A stretch of DNA of 64,000 nt. Source: a virus. The first letter of the stretch is position 1. Every line of letters begins with the position of its first letter. Positions 17,201-26,300 of this stretch are shown here, one piece after another. The stretch lies in IMG/VR virus record IMGVR_UViG_3300042516_002090, positions 2,578 through 66,577 of that record. One strand, given 5' to 3'. Made by a program: the position numbers and the translations under genes. The notes beneath the pieces were generated by a model. It did not search any database and was not told the DNA's origin. It worked only from the letters and a program-made list of their open reading frames with translations.

Positions 17201-17509
17201 GCAACACCCCTTGAATACAGACGTCACAAGCAGTCTATAAATTTCAATAGTTCTTGCCTGGATTTCAGCTACTGAATTATTAGAGTTGATTGGAACAAAG
17301 GCATTGCCACCAACCTCGTTTATAGTGTAAATGGGAAACTCAAACGATTTGTTTCCATCCTGCGTTATCGAAATCGTATCATACGAGTATGAAATGTACG
17401 TAGGAACCTGAGGCATGATTTGACTCATGCCAATTACATAGTTAGTCCCGTTTAAAAAAGATACGATGTCGTTTCCCTCGATCTGTATCTTTGTAATTGT
17501 TGAAATCAT
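14291..17509 (-). CDS. tail fibre / receptor-binding protein
   Basis: GTVTSI, ITVDQQGRIT and FTGTPTAPT..NTTQIATTAFV fibre motifs; Gly-rich C-terminal domain. Confidence 0.85.
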   Translation of the reverse strand: MISTITKIQIEGNDIVSFLNGTNYVIGMSQIMPQVPTYISYSYDTISITQDGNKSFEFPIYTINEVGGNAFVPINSNNSVAEIQARTIEIYRLLVTSVFKGCCECGNTEPECSIQYTYGNGTDSGTIYYDGGGAIRVSYTTANNQDFTGFWPIIQDGSWIFIFSKTDPTVFGIYQLSNYSDGGPGVYAQFNATLLDGPSSFPDGTSLCVDVTSVGGSLGTVTSITAGVGLDGGTITSSGTIDLADTAVTPGAYTNANITVDQQGRITSASSGTAGTGTVTSIDVDGGTGISVSPAGPITTSGTFTVTNTAPDQTVSLGTTGTGLAVTGTYPSFTLQNTLPDQTVSLTAGTGISVTGTYPSFTIASTGGGGILHGTASGTDTYTSTITGATTYADGDAYLIRFTNGNTTSSTLNINGFGAISIYRNNDGPVIGGDIWAGAEMLCVYNSTTNAFQAIGTSPNSLFSYVTNDDSVTITKGQAVYAFSGTGDRMTVKLANNTTDGTSAQTVGLVYSDSIGANQKGIIIMQGLITGLSTLKPVDGWADGMPVYLGPTAGSKTFTKPYAPNHLVYLGIVTTANPGGSGRMYVRVQNGYELDELHNVQAKTPSLKDTLWYDNSVSPGQWKTASISTILGYTPADINSPAFTGTPTAPTAASGTNTTQIATTAFVTNAVQQSLSFTGYFGDGTDGSVTINGSSGSGGTVTLANDMYYNDLTIDAGGILYLNGYRIFVSGTLDLTNAGSSAIHNNGYGGANNANSTGGASNLTGTGGRGGFGSTVYGWFIGGSATNGKHKGGSGGNGGTSSGNGSAGSSPPVLLSTEGLIGGVGGIGGVGGNSASGATGGAGATGQATGISVTNFGTYTPQTFITNPAGSGTFFNRTRQDVSNTANISFTSTTYIYFAGGHGGGGGGSGANVTVAGNGGGAGGGGGGTTVIFARNIVVGPSTNAAAISARGGRGGNGGSHTTFNGTGSGGAGGGGGGFVYLAAGSISGTSGVTFVSADGGTGGTGGDGRGAGNFGGQGGSGGNGGKITVINMAANSVTVVDSTAVAASTAATPTGITGTAGTAGATCTFSS

Positions 17510-18156
17510 GATTTACACTCTGCGTCAGAAGCAAAGGTACAAAACTCGTCGAGACTTTTGTACATTTTCACATACTTAGATGTAGGAAATTTGTCACGCC
17601 ACTCCATCTTGACTCGCGCCCACTCCGGACCGGTGCGTACAGGCTGCGCCCTTTTCTCTTCCTTAGCCCCCGAAAAGATAAAATCTATTACAGACTTCTT
17701 GCTAGGGCGACCGCCCTCCTTTCGTTTGTTCTCAATCAGAATCTTTACCTCGTCGAGCTTTTCGTGGTTTGCTTCTTCAAGCAATTCCACCATCTGACGA
17801 AGAGATATGCAAGAATCGAGCTTACCACGGGTTATCGAAACCTTCTCGCGAATAACCGGATCGCTGTCCAGGAACTTGATATCAAACCCAAGTTCGCGCA
17901 TAGCGAAGGTAAGGGCGAGAATGTCCGCCTTGATTTGCGCCGTCCCCCGGTTGGGAACCGAGGGGTAAATTGCGGAATGCGAGTCTGTGCGTTTGTCACC
18001 GTCTATCCATATTGATGTAATACTAATCGCGTAATCTGAATACTCCCTGTCAACAAGTACAGTTGCGTCGGGGAACCTTTCCTTTAGCTCCTTAATTAGC
18101 ACTCTATATTCGCCTAATTCATGCGGGGTTGGATCCGCTATTTTCAATTCTATCAT
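17506..18156 (-). CDS. hypothetical protein
   Basis: 216-aa ORF with own TATATTTG box (18180-18173). Confidence 0.75.
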   Translation of the reverse strand: MIELKIADPTPHELGEYRVLIKELKERFPDATVLVDREYSDYAISITSIWIDGDKRTDSHSAIYPSVPNRGTAQIKADILALTFAMRELGFDIKFLDSDPVIREKVSITRGKLDSCISLRQMVELLEEANHEKLDEVKILIENKRKEGGRPSKKSVIDFIFSGAKEEKRAQPVRTGPEWARVKMEWRDKFPTSKYVKMYKSLDEFCTFASDAECKS

Positions 18157-18180
18157 ATCGTTGTATTGAATGCAAATATA

Positions 18181-18248
18181 AAAAGAAAACCCAAGCCGTT
18201 GCCTGGGTCAACCATAAGTAATCACTAACACTATTATTACCAAAACCG
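18181..18248 (-). ncRNA. putative small RNA D
   Basis: TTTG-N20-TATATTCG promoter variant, U/G-rich body, terminator ACCCAGGC-aacg-GCUUGGGU-UUUCUUUU. Confidence 0.5.
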
Positions 18249-18322
18249 GGGCGAATATATATCCTCATGTTTAGTTATGCAAATTATTTTGCATTAATTA
18301 ATAAATGTCATATATTTGCATC

Positions 18323-18396
18323 GCAAGTTCGCGCACATCAGTGCAGTCGGGAGACGAGAACTTTGAGGGCGGGCTGATCACCGCCCTCTGTGTTTT
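18323..18396 (+). ncRNA. kissing-loop small RNA C
   Basis: TTTG-N19-TATATTTG promoter; 3-way junction then GAGGGCGG-GCUGAUCA-CCGCCCUC-UGUGUUUU. Confidence 0.65.
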
Positions 18397-18426
18397 CAGA
18401 AGGTATACAACTACAGAAGGGAGAAA

Positions 18427-18642
18427 TTACTTGGTAGAACGCTTCGCCTTGGCCTTCTTGTGGTGGCCATAAAGAACGACGATAGACACAGTGCATGCAA
18501 GGAGTAGAGACGCGATTCGGAAGGCCCACTCGGCCTGTTCCTGCCATGAAAGCACGGTAGCAAATGTAGTTAATAAAACTGACGCCGCTCCGTCTACGTA
18601 TCCTTGTCCTGTCATATCTGTATGATTGATATCATGCTGCAT
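18427..18642 (-). CDS. small two-TM holin-like protein
   Basis: Two hydrophobic helices, basic tail; TATATTTG box at 18658-18651. Confidence 0.55.
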   Translation of the reverse strand: MQHDINHTDMTGQGYVDGAASVLLTTFATVLSWQEQAEWAFRIASLLLACTVSIVVLYGHHKKAKAKRSTK

Positions 18643-18663
18643 TGCGCTCACAAATATAGTAGA

Positions 18664-21600
18664 TTATTTTGTTTCGATGCCGTATTTTTTTCGTAACTCG
18701 GTTACTATTTGCTCTCTTTTTTTGTAAACCGCCTCTTGCATACCCTTCTCGCTCATGCCCTGCACGTCTAGATCGTACATCTTTTGCCAAAACTCATAAC
18801 GAACATTTTCGATTGCGTCCTGGCGATAGCTACTCAACAACTCAATCTTTTCTGCCTGTGAAGCAGCGTCTATACTTGACTTATTGCTATTTATTAGTTG
18901 AGCGGTTTCCTTGTTGATTATAAGACTAAGTGACTGCTTGAAGTCGTCGTCCATCTCAAAAGGTTCCCTCTCCGAGCCAACATTTACCTCTATCCAGTCC
19001 TTGGCATCCCATCTAGAGTAAGTCTTAGGGAACCACTTCTCCTTTGTTAGGTTATAATACGGGCTGTTTTCAACGTGGCTTGTTCCGTCCTTCCATACAC
19101 TTTCTGGAAGAAGAGCCTTGAGTACCGGGTTCGATGGCTGCACGTACACAGGCTCGCCGAAGTGGTCGTACATCAGACCTCCGTTGGTGTCCATGAATAC
19201 ATCAGTAAAGAAAATATCCGACACTATGTTATCAACCGCCCCGCTTCGTTTCTCCTTTTGAATACCCTTCCACGCCTCGTAGTCCTTCTTAATGTTTTCA
19301 TACAGGGTTGGGGAGAACGATGTTTCGATACCGTCTAAGAAAAATATCTCCAACGCTTCAGCCGCCTTTGCCTCGCCATATCCACCGTATAGTTTTTCTA
19401 TCGCTCTCTTTGGCGCGGACATCTCACTACCTGTTAGCTGGGCGCCGACAAGAGCAAGTATCTTGTTAAAGCCGACGGTTGTTTTATCCCCTTCACCAAA
19501 CCTTATATCGTTTGATACCTCGCCAAGGATTTTACCTATTGCCCCAAACACAGGGCCTGTCAATGACAGAGGAATATTTTTGCCTGCTATGGTTACACTG
19601 TTTGGCTCCGCACCCTCAGCCTCCATCTCAGCTCTTTGCTTGCTGTCCTCGGCCGATCCATAGAATTTGATCCACGCATTAGGGTCGAGTTTCACTTCAT
19701 CGTCATCCTCGTCGCCAAAGTCAAACAATGACGCGATAAGACCACCCCAAATCATTGTAGCCACTACGTTTTTAAACGCTCTGGATATCTTCTCCTCGTT
19801 AGTTAGAGGTACGGTGGTTGCCTTTCCGTCTATGTATCTAACCTTAACCCCAGTAATCTTTTTACCCGGTATGGCCGCTATTACAGCAGGAACAACAGGT
19901 ATGGACTTGTAGAAGTATTCTGCCATTACCGTGTTTAATCGGATGAAGCCTAGCACCGTACTCAGGGTAAGTCTTCCAAACGCAACAACCGGGTTGTCCG
20001 TATCTCGAAATGGAGTTGCCTTGGATATGAGGTTGAACACAGCTGCTCCAGCAAGTGTTTCCGGTTTTTGAAGAAGGAGGGACTTCCTGGCCTGGTGAGC
20101 CATCTCGTCGATAACTTCTTTAGGCATTGCGTTATGAACCTTGTCGCGAAGCTTTCTCTTTGCCCAACCCTTCGGTAACGACTCTCCGTTGGCAATCCTT
20201 TCTGCCGCCTCTTGAGCAACCTCGCTTTTGAAATTGTTTATCTGATCAGGACCTGCCTGTATAAGCTCCTTAAGTTGTTGATTCCAAACCGCTGACCCCT
20301 TCTTCATCTTGACACCTGACTTCTTATTCACCATGTCGAGGTAATTTTCAGCCTCGATGTAGGTGTAAATGTCTTGCAAGGCGCCGCCCATAAGTATATC
20401 CTGGGCGCTCATGAGTACCATACTTATCTCCGAAAGGGCAGGCAAGAACTTGCGCTTTCTATAACCGGAACTCATTAATTGACTAAAGGACTTTAAAAAG
20501 GCTTCTGTTGCGTAACGCGCTCTCCTGCCTCCCTTCTTGTTTATGAAGTCGCTTAGTATCTGAGCGTACTCCTTCTTTGTAACACGATAGATTGCGCCGT
20601 GAGCTTTTTCCTCAGGTCTTTCAAGCATGGTTGTTTCACCAAACCTAGACTGTGGTTTTTCCCACTTCGCGGCAACGGTTTCCCATCCCATTGTGGCGCC
20701 CTCGGCCCTCATCATTTTAGCAAACTTAATCGCCCTGGCCATTCTAGCCGGGTTGTAAAGAGCCGTGAACGCACCGTGCTGAATGCTCGATACTACAGCA
20801 CCCACACCGGATGCCATGATCGCCGTCTTAAATATATCCGAAAGCGCGTTCGTATAGAACTGCTCGGTAAGCCAGCGGCCAACAAGTGCGGCAGTGGTCT
20901 CGTCGTACTCACTAAGGATGTCGTTGATGTACCTGTTAATCTCTTGGTACAACTCCTCTCCGGGCTGGAGTGCTTGCAGCCTATCAAAGTATCCCTGCAA
21001 CTTCACAATGTCGCTTTGAGATATCCCCTTATAGCCAAGCGTGTCCAAAAGAGCGGCCTCAAACTGAGAATCAGAAACCTGTCCCTTAGAAATAGCCCTG
21101 ATAACTCCCTTCTTCACACTCTCGGCGTCCTTAATTCCCTGCATGATCGAGTCTATGCTCTGCTTTTTGGCCTTGATTTTTTCATCAACCTTCTCCGCAA
21201 TCAAAGGCTCGATTTCAGTCTGTAGCTGTGAGGCGTATGCCGGGTCTATTCCAAGGTTGTTGACCAGCGCCTCTGCAAGGGTTTGTATTTTCGCGTTTTG
21301 ATTTGTGATGTGTTCGGCGGCTATACGAGCAATCTCCTTGTCCATATCCTCCTTGCTAAGCGATGCGGCTGCGGCTCTTTTTTCTACACCACCAATTGGC
21401 ATCTCAAGCAGGTCAGATACTAGCGCGTCAATCTCGTTCTTGATTGCCATCTTGGTCGCAGCGTCTAACTTCTCGTTAGCGTCTACGTTTGCCTTGGCAA
21501 TATTCATGGCCTTGGTCACCATCGACTCAACCTGGGCCTTGTTGTTTAGGATTGTCTTGAGCCTGTCCTTTGCCTTCACCTTCTCGCCACGGCTCTTGGC

Positions 21601-22848
21601 CATGACGTAATCAGGGTCGTTCTGTAGAATCGTGTCGGACAACATCTTCAGGGCCTTGTCCTTGACGTTCCTTGTGTCAGCAATACCCTCGAACGCCTTG
21701 GCCAAACGCTTGGTTGCGGTTACCTCTTTGTTCTTCTTAATGTCGGTATCGAAAGAGGACATGTTGTCGTCAACGATTTGATCTATCGCTGTACGTTCAC
21801 CGGGCAGTACGTCCTTGATTTGATTCCACACCTTGTTCTTAATCATCTTGGCCGAGTACGCACCCTCCTCGATGTATGACATAATAAGGTCCCTGATGTG
21901 TGGAGTTATCTCAGCTATAATTGAATTTGACAAGGCAAGTGGGCCTGGGGTCCTTTTCTTCGCCAGAATACCCTTGATTGCGTTTACACTAGCGGTTCTT
22001 TGAGCCTTAAACTCCGGCTTGACCGTTACAACGGTGGCCGTCTTCTTAACCTTTGGCATTGCAGCCGCAACAATAGCGATTGCCTCGGCCTGGTTGAGTT
22101 TTGCTATCTCACGCAGTTGTGTGATAGCCTCTCCAATAGTCATTCCGCCTGACGTTACCTGATTGAGGAAATTCCGCTTTGAACTATCCTCGTCCATTAT
22201 TCGGTTTGCTAACTGCTCTGGAGTTGACGCCGCCGCAAGTGCAGCTACTGTTTGACCGGCCGTAGTTCCTGATGTACCCTTAGTATTATATATCTTCTTG
22301 GCCATCTTATAATCGCCCTTCACGTAGAAGTAGTTAGCAGCCTTAGCCATAACCACTAAGTACTCATACTTTAACCCAGAGTTTTCAATCCATTCGTTCT
22401 CGGTTGTGTTTCCGTATGCACTTAACAAGTCATTAAATATATCCGTTTCTCCAGCTTCATATTGGGCTTTAAGTTGCTCGAACTTTTCGTTTGCTAAAAC
22501 CTCCATGGCCCTTTGATCAATGGCAATATACTCTTCAGTACCTATGCCTCGTTGCTCTGCAAGCCTTTCTCCATAAGCCCTCTGCCTTACGTCGCCGTAA
22601 GCCTCGCCTAGTCTTGACTTCATGAAGTCAGACATTGCGCTCTTCTTTTCTTTAGGTTGTTTCTTGGTGGTCTTAGGAGCCTCGGTAAACGGATTATCAC
22701 CCTTGAGGGCGTTAACGTTCAATTTGTCGTTGTTGATAAGCTCCTGCAGCGCCCCGTTATAGAGCATCTCCATGTACTGCTCAAAGGTTTTTTCCTCCGC
22801 AGCAGTAGCGCCCGGCATCTTTATAGTTACCTTACAAGGTTTCGCCAT
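18664..22848 (-). CDS. large virion ejection (internal) protein
   Basis: 1394 aa, Ala/Lys-rich, single Cys, last of ejection cluster. Confidence 0.7.
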   Translation of the reverse strand: MAKPCKVTIKMPGATAAEEKTFEQYMEMLYNGALQELINNDKLNVNALKGDNPFTEAPKTTKKQPKEKKSAMSDFMKSRLGEAYGDVRQRAYGERLAEQRGIGTEEYIAIDQRAMEVLANEKFEQLKAQYEAGETDIFNDLLSAYGNTTENEWIENSGLKYEYLVVMAKAANYFYVKGDYKMAKKIYNTKGTSGTTAGQTVAALAAASTPEQLANRIMDEDSSKRNFLNQVTSGGMTIGEAITQLREIAKLNQAEAIAIVAAAMPKVKKTATVVTVKPEFKAQRTASVNAIKGILAKKRTPGPLALSNSIIAEITPHIRDLIMSYIEEGAYSAKMIKNKVWNQIKDVLPGERTAIDQIVDDNMSSFDTDIKKNKEVTATKRLAKAFEGIADTRNVKDKALKMLSDTILQNDPDYVMAKSRGEKVKAKDRLKTILNNKAQVESMVTKAMNIAKANVDANEKLDAATKMAIKNEIDALVSDLLEMPIGGVEKRAAAASLSKEDMDKEIARIAAEHITNQNAKIQTLAEALVNNLGIDPAYASQLQTEIEPLIAEKVDEKIKAKKQSIDSIMQGIKDAESVKKGVIRAISKGQVSDSQFEAALLDTLGYKGISQSDIVKLQGYFDRLQALQPGEELYQEINRYINDILSEYDETTAALVGRWLTEQFYTNALSDIFKTAIMASGVGAVVSSIQHGAFTALYNPARMARAIKFAKMMRAEGATMGWETVAAKWEKPQSRFGETTMLERPEEKAHGAIYRVTKKEYAQILSDFINKKGGRRARYATEAFLKSFSQLMSSGYRKRKFLPALSEISMVLMSAQDILMGGALQDIYTYIEAENYLDMVNKKSGVKMKKGSAVWNQQLKELIQAGPDQINNFKSEVAQEAAERIANGESLPKGWAKRKLRDKVHNAMPKEVIDEMAHQARKSLLLQKPETLAGAAVFNLISKATPFRDTDNPVVAFGRLTLSTVLGFIRLNTVMAEYFYKSIPVVPAVIAAIPGKKITGVKVRYIDGKATTVPLTNEEKISRAFKNVVATMIWGGLIASLFDFGDEDDDEVKLDPNAWIKFYGSAEDSKQRAEMEAEGAEPNSVTIAGKNIPLSLTGPVFGAIGKILGEVSNDIRFGEGDKTTVGFNKILALVGAQLTGSEMSAPKRAIEKLYGGYGEAKAAEALEIFFLDGIETSFSPTLYENIKKDYEAWKGIQKEKRSGAVDNIVSDIFFTDVFMDTNGGLMYDHFGEPVYVQPSNPVLKALLPESVWKDGTSHVENSPYYNLTKEKWFPKTYSRWDAKDWIEVNVGSEREPFEMDDDFKQSLSLIINKETAQLINSNKSSIDAASQAEKIELLSSYRQDAIENVRYEFWQKMYDLDVQGMSEKGMQEAVYKKREQIVTELRKKYGIETK

Positions 22849-23339
22849 TAGAACAATTTTTCTTCGAGAAGCAATAACTTGAATTTATCCTTTCCATCCA
22901 CATCCTCAAGCATATTGAGCTTGTCGCTGTACTCCGCAACAGACTTGGTCTGTATCAAACGGAACTGTTGCAAGAAGTCAAACGTGCAAAGGTCCATGTT
23001 GAAAAGTTTTTTGGACGTGTCTTCATACGCCTCGTACAAATCGTACTCAATCTTGTATGCCTCCTCTAGCACCTCAAGAAGCCCGGAGAAGTCTACGCGT
23101 GGCTTGGGTACAGTGGGAAGTGGAACCGTGATGTTCCAGTCCACCAAGTACTTTTCAATCTTGGCCGCGTGTTCGAGTTCATCCTGCGACTCAGCCGCGA
23201 AAAAGGCAGCCGCCTTGAAGTATCCAACACCCTGACACCAGTTGCTGGCGGCACGATAGAAGTAAAATGCATCCATCTCGTCAAGATGGCGTGGAGCTAG
23301 TAGGTCTACTACACCTTTGTCTAAGCTATAAGGTTTCAT
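22848..23339 (-). CDS. ferritin (non-haem, FtnA-like)
   Basis: E..A..FY, ESQDELEHA, EAYKIE, Q....AE ferroxidase pattern; 163 aa. Confidence 0.85.
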   Translation of the reverse strand: MKPYSLDKGVVDLLAPRHLDEMDAFYFYRAASNWCQGVGYFKAAAFFAAESQDELEHAAKIEKYLVDWNITVPLPTVPKPRVDFSGLLEVLEEAYKIEYDLYEAYEDTSKKLFNMDLCTFDFLQQFRLIQTKSVAEYSDKLNMLEDVDGKDKFKLLLLEEKLF

Positions 23340-23345
23340 GTTTTA

Positions 23346-26300
23346 TTACGGGCAACCGTCGGTTTTATCTGTTATCACACCTGCTTCTTGCAGCTGCTTG
23401 TTAATGTCGCTAATATTTTTGTAAATATACTTCAACTTTGGGTCGAGATCCAAAATTTCATCAATGGCATCACGAGCTGCTGCACGTTCGGCACGGTCCC
23501 CGTCCTTGATCTTATAGTAATTTTCAACAATACTACTGATGTTTGCCGCCAACCCGGAGGTAGGCGCTGCCTTTGGAGCCTTTGGGGCCTTTGGAGCCGG
23601 CTTCTTAGGTAGGCCCCTAGGTGTAACACCAAAGTCCTCCTTAATGAACTCATCGAATTGATTCTTATACTTCGGATTAAGTTCATTGTACCAGTCCTGG
23701 CTACCAACAAAGTCATTAACAGCTATCTGGGCGTCCGTGCCTGATGCAATCGCCTCGTCAATGGCATCCATTGCGTCCTCCATCAACCTCTGAATCTCGT
23801 CATTGCTTCGGTTAATCATGGACATCTGACCTTCCTGGGCGACCTGTTTAGGTTTATTAAACTCCGCCTCACGCTTGGTTACCTCTGCTGCTTTGATTTT
23901 TGCTGATGGCATTGCGCCCATAATGGCCTTAGCCGCCTCAGGTTTTCCTCGCAGGCCAAACTGTGTAGGGTTCACGTCCTTACCTGTACCCATCGGCTTT
24001 GACTCGTAGAATATTGAACGAGCGTCAAGCATTTCATTTAGATACTTGACTGACTTAATTGTACCGCTAATAACGTAGTTATAAGACTTATGGTGGTACT
24101 CGTCGGCCTCCTCTGTCTTTACAACCTTCAGGGACTCAGGATCGTACTCTACAAATCCTACAACGTCTCCGTACTCGGCGTTGGCAAACGCTGGTTCGTT
24201 AGTGTAGTCAAGAATAGTCTGATCCATTTTATAGGTAGCACCTCCGCTAATGGAAGGAATACCAAACTTCAGGCTGTTACCTACATTGAATACTTTTTTG
24301 AAGTAGCTTGATCTTACGTCATAGGTAGAATCAAAAAGTTCGTCATAAAGCTCTTGAACCGAATTGAATCTTATACCCTTTTTATAAATGGCGTCTATCT
24401 TGGCCAGGGCCGTGTTCTTTCGGGCAGCTATCCCCTTTGAAGACTTGTTAAACTCTGCTGGAGTTATTTTTCCATCCTTCAGCGACTTCTTTATTTTGTT
24501 TTCTTCTTTCTCTATATCGGCTAACTGTTTTCTTATAACCACCGTCCCCGGTCTGTCCTCTAAGAGTTTTTCATAAAATGGAAAGTCCTTTTGAAACGCT
24601 GTGTTGAGGGGATTGTTTATCGCGTCCAACAGTTCGTTTATGAACTTCTTCGCCTCGGCCTTCTGCTGTGGAGTTGACTTGCTACTTGCCAGTGTGTCTT
24701 GGTGCGGCTTCAGTGCCTTATTCAACAAGTCAGCGTAGTGTGCAAGCATCATCTTGTTACCCAGAACTCCAGTAGATGCCTGAGCGCCTATAGCCGCAAG
24801 CTGACCCTTCTTTAAAGCATTCAATAGCTTGTTTGCCCCATCCTCGTCGGTGGTCGCCCACACAGAGCCATTTAGTATCTCACTTATTTTACCTGAGATT
24901 AGGTTGGCCAGCTCCTTTTGGTTCGCCCATATCGGGTAAAATCCGCCACCTCTGCCATAAAAAGGTACTCCTGTAGGAGACACAACATCCCCCACAACCT
25001 GCTTGTCACCTAAGAAACCAACAGCTGTTTTTCCGTCGTACTCCTTAATGTCGGCGTATTGGATCAGGGAGCTATCAAATGGACGTTCTACAGTGGTATC
25101 TTTTACCACGCCTCTGTTGGTTTTGTCGCGGTTAAGAATAGTGAACTGACCACCATTATTACCCAGGATAATGTTTTCGTATCGCTTCACGTTTTCCTTA
25201 CCAACAACATCACCTATCGTCCCGCCATTATTCATGGCAAACGAAAGCTTCTGAGCAAACTCTCTGAACTTTTTAGCAGACGCGTTCTTGTCCACAGGGT
25301 TATAGCCAAACATTCTGGCTATCTTGTTCATTATGTCAACGAGTAGGTCCTTGAGGCTTTTGTTAAGCTCAGTAACATTAACGTCCCCGGTAACAATTTT
25401 AGCAAGCGTCTCTACGACAATCTCGTCCTCAATGGTTTCGCTACCCTTTAGTTGGTATCCTCCCGTGTCCTTCACCTCGTTTATGATATTAGCAATAGCG
25501 CCGTTTACCTGCGCCTCGCCCTTAATCCCGTCTACAATAGCCTGATAAAGCTCAGGGTTTGTGTTGCGGATGATATTTATCACCGGGTGAATACCCTCGT
25601 GAAACGCGATAACCCTACCGCTTGAACTCTTGAGTCGGTCGCGGTTAATGTAGATTACACCGTAGTCTTTGCTGGCAAGGAATATACCATCGATACTACC
25701 CTCCACCTGACGCTGTTGACCGAGCCTCTGTGCCTCGTTGTCGTCAATAATTTTTACATCAATGCCAGACTCCTTGACAAACTCTTGAATTCTTTCAGCG
25801 GCGTTCTCACCATCGGTCTCGAACATCTTAGCAATACGTGCCTTGCCTGTGCGCTTTGGCGCCTCTTTTTTAGGAGTCTTAGCTTCGCTTTCAAGAACAG
25901 ACTTAACGTCCTTTGCAAAAGGAGTTGAGCCATAATCTTTTTTAAAATCATCAAAAGTAAATTCTTTTAAATCATAAGCTAAATGTTCGGCCCAGTTAAT
26001 ACCTTTATTAACAAGCAAAGAACTTAGCTCGCTGCTAAATCCATATTCATCTTGCAGATACTTTATTATTTTTTTTGGATCACGATTCCAAATAGGCATA
26101 TCCAAAACCTCAACCGCACTAGCTGCCTTTTTTACATATTCAAATGCTTTTTCGTAGTCCTCTTTAGACGCCGGGATAGTATCATATTCATATGCTTCTT
26201 TTAGATCCTTAACGGATTTTATTGCTGCTTCTTTTGCTTCCTCTAATGAACTAAATGTTTGAACGTTTTCATATCGTGTATCTAAATTAAATTTATTTCG

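Noticed and set aside
23092-23103. Third copy of the GCCACGCG operator-like word
   Set aside because: Inside the ferritin CDS, imperfect palindrome, no nearby promoter; probably chance
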